32,000 nucleotides of DNA from Erysipelotrichaceae bacterium (lineage in GTDB: Bacteria > Bacillota_I > Bacilli_A > Erysipelotrichales > Erysipelotrichaceae): positions 1,290,001 to 1,322,000 of the forward strand of contig OY781039.1 of NCBI GenBank assembly GCA_963676105.1. Direction: 5' to 3'. Position numbers and translations under genes: made by a program. This document shows, one piece after another, positions 17,578 through 23,395 of this stretch. How positions within the stretch are numbered: position 1 is the first letter of the stretch; each line of letters starts with the position of its first letter. A model generated the notes under the pieces. The model had not been told where the DNA came from, did not search any database, and was given only the letters and a program-made list of their open reading frames with translations.

Positions 17578-17640
17578 CATTTATTATAAATATATTTATA
17601 ATATTTGTAAACATTTATTATAAATATATTTATAATATTT
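17578..17640. repeat. Two tandem 29-bp direct repeats (period 34 bp), each containing a 22-bp AT palindrome, overlapping the promoter of AAA+/DUF4143 gene 2
   Basis: catttattataaatatatttataatattt occurs at 17578-17606 and again at 17612-17640. The internal palindrome is TATTATAAATATATTTATAATA. Confidence 0.85.
17583..17611 (-). promoter_or_regulatory. Sigma-70-type promoter of AAA+/DUF4143 gene 2 (TTTACA-17-TATAAT)
   Basis: The minus strand reads TTTACA (17606-17611), a 17-nt spacer, then TATAAT (17583-17588), about 19 nt upstream of the ATG. The -35 is formed by the junction between the two repeats. Confidence 0.5.
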
Positions 17641-17674
17641 CCATCATCGATGATCCCATATTTTTATCCTAACG

Positions 17675-17712
17675 AAAGAGATAGATCCCTTTAGCAAAGT
17701 TCTATCTCTTTT
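17675..17712 (-). terminator. Hairpin (repeat copy B), near-identical to the terminator at 16066-16104
   Basis: Stem AAAGAGATAGA / TCTATCTCTTT. The segment 17669-17715 differs from 16060-16107 by one indel and three substitutions. Confidence 0.55.
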
Positions 17713-17791
17713 CATTATCATCAATATTAAAATAATATTAATAACTTAATTATGAAAACTTAGAAATGAAAATACTTTCTATTTTTCAAAC

Positions 17792-17910
17792 TTTCCACTA
17801 GATTTTAGTCGAAAAATCGAATTTTTTATAATTTCCACTAGATTCTAGATGAAAGTTAAATTTTTCATTCTTTCCACATATCTGGGAAGAATCACAATTT
17901 TTTTTAAATA
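17792..17910. repeat. Three degenerate tandem repeats of 39-40 bp, each starting TTTCCAC and containing AATTTTT
   Basis: TTTCCACTAGATT occurs at 17792 and 17832, and TTTCCACATATCT at 17871. Units 1 and 2 are about three-quarters identical. They lie in a 572-bp non-coding gap. Confidence 0.7.
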
Positions 17911-17956
17911 TATCCCAAATATTAGGAAATATTACTAATTTTTTATACTTAATACT

Positions 17957-17977
17957 AAAAAAGACTCCGAGGAGTCT
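17957..17977 (-). terminator. Intrinsic terminator belonging to the alcohol-dehydrogenase gene relic
   Basis: The minus strand reads AGACTC-CTCG-GAGTCT followed by TTTTTT. It differs by one loop base from the terminator of the intact adh gene at 19535-19555. Confidence 0.6.
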
Positions 17978-18124
17978 AATAAACACATTCTGTAAATTGA
18001 TTTGACATCCCCTTGTTTTAAGTCATATGTCCATAGTTTTTATCATCATCACATGCTAACGCGCAATTTCAGGAATATGAGTCTCATCGATATCAATCGC
18101 TGTCAAAGTTCTTGCATCCTGCTC
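17977..18124 (-). pseudogene. Relic of the last ~50 codons of an iron-containing alcohol dehydrogenase paralogue
   Basis: My translation gives EQDARTLTAIDIDETHIPEIAR*, then after a frame change KLWTYDLKQGDVKSIYRMCLL. The intact neighbour ends ELQLPGTLSAIEIDDTNFKDMAL...KGLMTLDEGDVEAIYRMCL*. The relic contains an in-frame TAG, a frameshift and a mutated stop codon. Confidence 0.65.
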
Positions 18125-18136
18125 TTTATTCATTCT

Positions 18137-19405
18137 TTAGTTTTTTAAACAAGCGATGGGGACAATATATATTCCATCCTCTCTTTTGTAAGCATATTCT
18201 GTCGCTGTGATAATCATCATGAAAGCAGGTAGATTCATCGTATCTGTATCAATCTTATCTCTCAACTTTATAAGATTTTTAGCTGATTCGTCTATTCTTT
18301 CTTGATTTCCTAGTTTAATTTCTATAAGCGCGTAATTTCCATCTCTTAATTGAATAACTGCATCTGCTTCCAAGTTTGTCTTATCTCTGTAATGGTAGAG
18401 TTTACCCCCAATAGTTTCGACGTAAATATTTAAATCACGGATGCAAAGATTTTCAAAAAGAAATCCAAATGTTTTCATATCTTTAAATAATCCGCTTGGA
18501 CCAACATTTAATGCTGCAGCCGCAATAGAAGGATCTGTAAAATATCTTTTATCAGTCGTTCTTATCGCTGTCTTTGATCTTAAATTAACATTCCAAGCTG
18601 GTAGATCTTCTAGTAAAAAGATGCGTTTAAATGCTTTTATATAGTCATAAATTGTATTCTCATGTAAACGGGTGTTTTCATTTTGCGAAGAATCTTCTAA
18701 TAATGTTTTTAAAGGTATCATGCTTCCAATATTTCGTGCATAAGATTTGATTAATCTTTGTGCTATTTGCCTATCTCTATTCTTGCCATCTATCGTAATG
18801 ATCTCACTATCTATAACACCATCAAGATAATCATAGGCGTGTTTTAATGCGATTTTGGGTGCATCTTCAATAGAACTCGGCCAGCCACCTCTACAAATCA
18901 AATAAGCCATTTGTTCGACAGTGACATTAGATTTCGCCTTAATATCGCAATTGCCATTAAACAATTCACCTAGCGAAATATCTCCACTTGAATCCATCGA
19001 TTCAAACAATGACATTGTCCTCATTTTTAAATGTACAATTCGTCCAATCCCACTATGCGAATCATCATCTTTTTCTATGGAGTTCGAGCCCGTTAAGATG
19101 AATTGACCGTATTCACCTCTCTCATCGACTACAAATCTGACTGTATCCCATAAATTAGGCGCTAGTTGCCATTCATCAATCAGTCGAGGTGTTTCACCTT
19201 CAAGTAATAATTTTGGCATGATTGTTGCCAATTCCAAATTCTGTTTTCGAGTTGTTGGGTCCTGCAAATAAAGAATGCTTTTAGCATGTTGCTTAGCAGT
19301 CGTCGTTTTTCCACACCACTTTAAGCCCTCGATAATCACTGCCCCTTTAGATGCCAGCGCTTCTTCTATTTGCTTATCTGCAAGTCTTTTCTTATATGAT
19401 TTCAT
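18137..19405 (-). CDS. AAA+ ATPase with C-terminal DUF4143 / PD-(D/E)xK-like domain (second, divergent paralogue)
   Basis: Walker A GLKWCGKTT, Walker B RLIDEWQ. The C-terminal segment EADAVIQLRDGNYALIEIKLG fits D...ExK. No Shine-Dalgarno is present upstream. Confidence 0.75.
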   Translation of the reverse strand: MKSYKKRLADKQIEEALASKGAVIIEGLKWCGKTTTAKQHAKSILYLQDPTTRKQNLELATIMPKLLLEGETPRLIDEWQLAPNLWDTVRFVVDERGEYGQFILTGSNSIEKDDDSHSGIGRIVHLKMRTMSLFESMDSSGDISLGELFNGNCDIKAKSNVTVEQMAYLICRGGWPSSIEDAPKIALKHAYDYLDGVIDSEIITIDGKNRDRQIAQRLIKSYARNIGSMIPLKTLLEDSSQNENTRLHENTIYDYIKAFKRIFLLEDLPAWNVNLRSKTAIRTTDKRYFTDPSIAAAALNVGPSGLFKDMKTFGFLFENLCIRDLNIYVETIGGKLYHYRDKTNLEADAVIQLRDGNYALIEIKLGNQERIDESAKNLIKLRDKIDTDTMNLPAFMMIITATEYAYKREDGIYIVPIACLKN

Positions 19406-19411
19406 ATATTT

Positions 19412-19440
19412 ATATTAATTTAAACTATGATCAATTTCAA
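19412..19440 (-). promoter_or_regulatory. Promoter TTGAAA-17-TAATAT positioned to start transcription at the ATG of AAA+/DUF4143 gene 1 (candidate leaderless mRNA)
   Basis: On the minus strand, TTGAAA is at 19435-19440 and TAATAT at 19412-19417. The hexamer ends 7 nt before the A of the ATG (19405). No SD is present. Confidence 0.4.
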
Positions 19441-19450
19441 TCTAAATATA

Positions 19451-19509
19451 GCAGTTGGACGTTTTTTAATGTGGTAGTTGGACAATTTTTGATGTGGCAG
19501 TTGGCTGCC
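19451..19509. repeat. 2.5 tandem copies of a 23-bp repeat upstream of the promoter of AAA+/DUF4143 gene 1
   Basis: gcagttggacgttttttaatgtg / gtagttggacaatttttgatgtg / gcagttggctgcc. Confidence 0.8.
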
Positions 19510-19534
19510 TTGATCTTAAAAAAAAGAATTCATC

Positions 19535-19555
19535 AAAAAAGACTCCGAAGAGTCT
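19535..19555 (-). terminator. Intrinsic terminator of the alcohol dehydrogenase gene
   Basis: The minus strand reads AGACTC-TTCG-GAGTCT followed by TTTTTT, directly after the stop codon. Confidence 0.65.
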
Positions 19556-20718
19556 TACAAACACATTCTATAAATTGCTTCGACATCACCTTCATCAAGA
19601 GTCATTAAACCTTTAATCTGTTTACCCTTGACTGCTTTAAGTGCCATGTCTTTAAAGTTTGTATCATCAATTTCAATCGCTGATAGTGTACCAGGTAACT
19701 GAAGTTCTATTTCGAAGAAATCAGCCAACTTTTGAATACCTGCTTTTGCAGTTAACATATCGTCACCTTTGTCTTCGACCCCAAAGACATTCATCGCAAA
19801 GCGTTTGAAACGATGAACATTTTCTTCACTTAAGACATAGTTCATCCACTTAGGTGTTAGGATTGCTAAACCTAGACCATGCGCAATATCATAATAGGCT
19901 GATAATTGATGTTCCATAGAATGGCATGACCAGGAAGTGGTTTTACCAACTCTAGTAAAACCATTTAAAGCCCAAGTACTTGCCCACATAAGATTTGCTC
20001 TTGCGTCGTAGTTTTCTGGATCATCAATCGCGATTGGGCCATACTTCACAATGGTACGCATAATCCCTTCTTGTATCTCATCCATCATATCCATGTATTC
20101 TAAAGAAAAATATTGTTCAAGTTGATGTGACATCATATCTGCTGCACCTGAAGCTGTTTGAAACTTAGATACTGTATAGGTATTCTCAGGATTTAAAAAT
20201 GAAGCTTTTGGTAGAAGAATTGGATGTCCTCCACCCCGTTTCTCATTTGTGCCTAGATTTGTAAGCACACCACCATTATTCATTTCTGTACCGGTTGCGC
20301 TTAACGTTAAAATCGTTACTATAGGTAAGGCTTTCTTAAAGTCTGTACCACCAATCCAGTGATCCCAGATGGATCCTTCTACAAAGGTACCTCCTGCCAT
20401 AGCTTTAGTCGCATCAATTGTGCTACCTCCACCAATAGGGAGTAAGACATCAATATCGTTCTCTTTAATATAAGCAATCGCTTTATCAACTGTTTCATAG
20501 CGTGGATTTGGTTCAATACCCCCAAACTCAAACCATTCTAAGCCAGCATCATCTAACTCTTTAACAACTTTATCAAATAAGCCAATCCGTTTAATCGTTC
20601 CACCACCATAGGTAATGAGAACTTTTGATCCATGTTGTTTTAGTTCATTGGCTAGATTCTTTAACTGATCTTTACCAAAGTAAATCTTTGTTGTATTTTG
20701 AAATATAAAATCGTTCAT
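19555..20718 (-). CDS. Iron-containing (group III) alcohol dehydrogenase, butanol-dehydrogenase/YqhD-like
   Basis: 387-aa. GGGSTIDATKAMA nucleotide/iron-ADH signature, and conserved His-rich metal region (HQLE..., HSMEHQLS, AHG). Confidence 0.85.
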   Translation of the reverse strand: MNDFIFQNTTKIYFGKDQLKNLANELKQHGSKVLITYGGGTIKRIGLFDKVVKELDDAGLEWFEFGGIEPNPRYETVDKAIAYIKENDIDVLLPIGGGSTIDATKAMAGGTFVEGSIWDHWIGGTDFKKALPIVTILTLSATGTEMNNGGVLTNLGTNEKRGGGHPILLPKASFLNPENTYTVSKFQTASGAADMMSHQLEQYFSLEYMDMMDEIQEGIMRTIVKYGPIAIDDPENYDARANLMWASTWALNGFTRVGKTTSWSCHSMEHQLSAYYDIAHGLGLAILTPKWMNYVLSEENVHRFKRFAMNVFGVEDKGDDMLTAKAGIQKLADFFEIELQLPGTLSAIEIDDTNFKDMALKAVKGKQIKGLMTLDEGDVEAIYRMCL

Positions 20719-20720
20719 AT

Positions 20721-20761
20721 AAAAACCTCACTTTTAACTATGATAACAGTTAGAGTGAGGT
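20721..20761 (-). terminator. Long hairpin between the YczE-like gene and adh; its 3' arm provides the adh RBS
   Basis: The minus strand reads ACCTCACT..TAACT-GTTATCAT-AGTTA..AGTGAGGT followed by TTTTATATG (the adh start). Confidence 0.45.
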
Positions 20762-20779
20762 CTAGGTCAAGTCATTTAA

Positions 20780-21403
20780 CTATGCTAATAATTTATTCAT
20801 GGGTTCATCAAAGTTATGAACCATAAACTGTATCGTATTACCCATTAGTAATACGGCAATAAGTGTTCCAAGTCCAATCCCAATAATTGAACCTGTAAAT
20901 ACTAATGATGTCACAACAGTTAGAGTTACAAAAGACGCATCGAATATTATCTTAACTCTACCAAATTTAACTTTGAATACATCACTCATGGTTTTAACAG
21001 CACCATCAACTGGATTTAAAATTAAGTCACTCTTAACCGCTAAGAAGACACCTGATGCGATAATAAGTATCGCTGTTAATAAAGTGATTAATCCTGTAAC
21101 TAATGTCGTCGCATGAATGGTTAAATTATTGTTGATAAAATCAAGTACCCATCCAAATACAATTGAGAATGGAATTTGTAAGATAATCTTCATATCTGCC
21201 TTACGTACAAGCACTAGTTGAACAAGTACTAAAGCTAAATACATGATCATTGATGCATTACCTAAAGATATTCCTGTTATTTGATTAATCGCAAATGGAA
21301 AGGAAGCAACTGCCGCAACCCCTAATCCACTACGTGTATTTAATACGATACCAAATGCTAATATCAGCATTCCTACTACATATACAATAATTCTCTTTGT
21401 CAT
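20780..21403 (-). CDS. YczE-like integral membrane protein
   Basis: 207-aa, about six TM segments. N-terminus MTKRIIVYVVGMLILAFGIVLNTRSGLGV is typical of YczE/DUF6198-type proteins. Confidence 0.6.
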   Translation of the reverse strand: MTKRIIVYVVGMLILAFGIVLNTRSGLGVAAVASFPFAINQITGISLGNASMIMYLALVLVQLVLVRKADMKIILQIPFSIVFGWVLDFINNNLTIHATTLVTGLITLLTAILIIASGVFLAVKSDLILNPVDGAVKTMSDVFKVKFGRVKIIFDASFVTLTVVTSLVFTGSIIGIGLGTLIAVLLMGNTIQFMVHNFDEPMNKLLA

Positions 21404-21474
21404 AAGTCACCTACATAAATATAATGCTTAGTCAGTTTAACACTATCCAGAACAATATACCAAATATTTAATGC

Positions 21475-21535
21475 ATTATTGACATATGCCAATAATATGC
21501 TAAGATGTAATCGATAAATGACATATGTCAATAAT
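21475..21535 (+). promoter_or_regulatory. Promoter of the DUF5320 operon (TTGACA-16-TAAGAT) flanked by two related 22-bp palindromic sites
   Basis: Site 1 is ATTATTGACATATGCCAATAAT (21475-21496, overlaps the -35). Site 2 is ATAAATGACATATGTCAATAAT (21514-21535, between the -10 and the RBS). Confidence 0.55.
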
Positions 21536-21551
21536 AAAAAGGAGATAAAAT

Positions 21552-21812
21552 ATGCCAAATAGAAATGGAACAGGACCAATGGGTCAAGGATCGAAAACAG
21601 GAAGAGGCTTAGGTCAATGTAATGTTGAATCCGCAAATATCAATCGAGCTGGATTTGGACGTGGCCAAGGACGATTAAGAGCTTGCCAAAATGGTAGGGG
21701 CTTTGCTCGTTCATACAACTTAGACAAGCCAAGAACTTTATCATTAAACGAAGAAAAACAGTTATTGGAAAAAAGATTAGACATGATTAATCAACAACTA
21801 GATAACAACTAA
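21552..21812 (+). CDS. DUF5320-family small protein (Gly/Arg-rich N-terminus, coiled-coil C-terminus)
   Basis: MPNRNGTGPMGQGSKTGRGLGQC is the hallmark DUF5320 N-terminus. The stop overlaps the next ATG (TAATG). Confidence 0.7.
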   Translation: MPNRNGTGPMGQGSKTGRGLGQCNVESANINRAGFGRGQGRLRACQNGRGFARSYNLDKPRTLSLNEEKQLLEKRLDMINQQLDNN

Positions 21813-22206
21813 TGCCTAGACCATTTAAATATCGAAAGGTACGATCCTTACCTGGGATTAGCCTTTTTGGACCACTAGGTCAACATGATCCTACACGTGA
21901 AATAGTAATTATGAGTATCGAAGAATTCGAGTCTATTCGTCTAATTGATCTAGAAGGATTAACCAAGAAGAGTGCGCCAGTCGTATGGAGGTCGCTCGCG
22001 GGACAGTGCAAAGCATTTATAGTCAAGCACGTTTTAAAATCGCAGAAAGTATTGTGAATGGTAAAAAACTCTCTATTGAAGGAGGTAATTATCAAATTCA
22101 TAACACAGATCATACTACGTTTGAAAACCCACGTCGTCATAAAGGTCGCGGGCAAGGAAAAGGAAGAGGTAGAAAACATGATTTTAGCCATACCGGTGAA
22201 GAATAA
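21812..22206 (+). pseudogene. DUF134/UPF0251-family predicted DNA-binding protein, interrupted by a 1-nt frameshift near 21962-21965
   Basis: Frame A encodes MPRPFKYRKV...EEFESIRLIDLEGLT. Shifting back one nucleotide continues QEECASRMEVARGTVQSIYSQARFKIAESIVNGKKLSIEGGNY.... Together these reconstruct a normal ~131-aa DUF134 protein. ACCAAG looks like ACCCAAG minus one C. Confidence 0.65.
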
Positions 22207-22537
22207 TTCAAAAGATACTTTAATTAATAAATCATTTGGACGAGCACCTTATTTTTGTATTATCGATTTAGAAAAAAATGCAAAACACTTTATTCCAAAT
22301 AATGCAGCTAACGATAATGGTGGAGTTGGGGTTAAAGCTTCTCAAATTTTAGTTGATCAAAATGTAGAAGCCGTTATTCTTCCACAATGCGGAGAAAATG
22401 CAGCTAAAGTATTTGAAGCAGCAAAGATTAAAATTTATAAAACGATTAATGAATCAATTGAAGATAATATTGAAGCGTATCACAAACAAGAATTATCATT
22501 GTTAGATGATATTCACGCTGGTCATCATGGAGCATAA
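22178..22537 (+). CDS. NifB/NifX-family (dinitrogenase Fe-Mo cofactor biosynthesis domain) protein
   Basis: MILAIPVKNNS...SFGRAPYFCIIDL...GGVGVKASQILVDQNVEAVI..QCGENAAKVFEAAKIKIY fits the NifX/NifB C-terminal fold pattern. ATG at 22178 has AGGAAGAGG upstream. The ORF-track N-terminal extension is the overlapping DUF134 tail read in another frame. Confidence 0.7.
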   Translation: MILAIPVKNNSKDTLINKSFGRAPYFCIIDLEKNAKHFIPNNAANDNGGVGVKASQILVDQNVEAVILPQCGENAAKVFEAAKIKIYKTINESIEDNIEAYHKQELSLLDDIHAGHHGA

Positions 22538-22540
22538 TCT

Positions 22541-23395
22541 ATGAACATTGCAGTCCTGAGTGGTAAAGGTGGCACAGGTAAAACATTGGTTTCAGTTAAT
22601 TTAGCTGCAGCGAGTGATAAGGCCAATTATATTGATTGTGATGTAGAAGAGCCAAATGGTGCTCTTTTTTTCAAACCGAGCAATATTAAGCAGACTGATA
22701 CCCTAGTAAAAATCCCTCAAATTAATCATGATTTATGCGCGTCATGTCGCAAGTGTGTCGATTTTTGTCGTTTTAATGCTATAGCCTTCGTAGGTAATAA
22801 ACCTTTAGTATTTGAAGAGATTTGTCACTCTTGTGGTGGTTGTTCACTTGTATGTCCACAAAAGGCTATTACAGAAAAAGATAAAGTGATTGGTCACATT
22901 GAAGAAGGTTTCAGTGACAATGTTTTTATTAATAGTGGTTTGCTCAACATTGGACAAGAATCAGGTGTACCGATTATTAATCAACTCTTATCTAAGATAG
23001 ATCATCATAATTTAAACATTATTGACTGTCCTCCTGGTAGTTCATGTTCAGTGATTGAAAGTATTAAAGATGCTGATTATTGTGTACTTGTTGCTGAACC
23101 AAGTATCTTTGGTGCGCAAAATTTAGAGATGGTTTATGACCTTGTTAAGTTATTTAATAAAAAACATGCTGTTGTATTAAATAAAACAATGGACATTGAA
23201 AATCCATCAGAGAACTTTTGTATTGAAAAAGATATTCCAATTCTTGAAAAAATACCCTTTGATCAAAGCTTAGGGAAACTTAATTCAGATGGTTTAATCG
23301 CTGTAAGAGAAAATAGTCACTACAAAAACTTGTTCTCATCATTGTTGAAAAAAGTACTAAAGGAGGCATCTAATGAAACAGTTACTCATCCTTAG
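22541..23395 (+). CDS. MinD/ParA-class P-loop ATPase with an inserted 2x[4Fe-4S] ferredoxin domain
   Basis: Deviant Walker A SGKGGTGKT, CDVEEPN, and two CxxCxxCxxxC clusters (CASCRKCVDFC, CHSCGGCSLVC). Confidence 0.8.
   Translation: MNIAVLSGKGGTGKTLVSVNLAAASDKANYIDCDVEEPNGALFFKPSNIKQTDTLVKIPQINHDLCASCRKCVDFCRFNAIAFVGNKPLVFEEICHSCGGCSLVCPQKAITEKDKVIGHIEEGFSDNVFINSGLLNIGQESGVPIINQLLSKIDHHNLNIIDCPPGSSCSVIESIKDADYCVLVAEPSIFGAQNLEMVYDLVKLFNKKHAVVLNKTMDIENPSENFCIEKDIPILEKIPFDQSLGKLNSDGLIAVRENSHYKNLFSSLLKKVLKEASNETVTHP

Noticed and set aside
17792-17910. Possible miniature CRISPR array (regularly spaced TTTCCAC... repeats)
   Set aside because: There are only three units with a 39-40-bp period. That is too short for repeat plus spacer. 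Only ~13 nt plus a short A/T block are conserved, the units are degenerate, and there are no cas genes or leader. It is treated as a tandem repeat or binding array instead.
17798-17986. 62-aa ORF in the ATPase intergenic gap
   Set aside because: It starts inside the adh-relic terminator hairpin and runs through the three tandem repeats, so its periodic sequence only mirrors the DNA repeat. It has no RBS. It is most likely non-coding.
18441-19106. Two plus-strand ORFs (67 and 61 aa) inside AAA+/DUF4143 gene 1
   Set aside because: They are antisense shadow ORFs with no RBS and no recognisable motifs.
19351-19608. 85-aa plus-strand ORF spanning the ATPase-1 promoter, the 23-bp repeats and the adh terminator
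   Set aside because: It crosses a terminator hairpin and tandem repeats, and both ends overlap real genes in antisense.
21400-21636. 78-aa minus-strand ORF across the DUF5320 promoter
   Set aside because: It covers the promoter/operator region and the antisense of the DUF5320 start. It has a hydrophobic low-complexity translation.
22058-22177. 40-codon N-terminal extension of the NifX-like ORF
   Set aside because: This stretch is the DUF134 C-terminal tail read in another frame. The ATG at 22178 has its own RBS and gives the canonical MILAIPV... NifX-type N-terminus.
21880-22191. 103-aa minus-strand ORF over the DUF134 gene
   Set aside because: It is antisense to a gene whose two frames reconstruct a conserved family protein.
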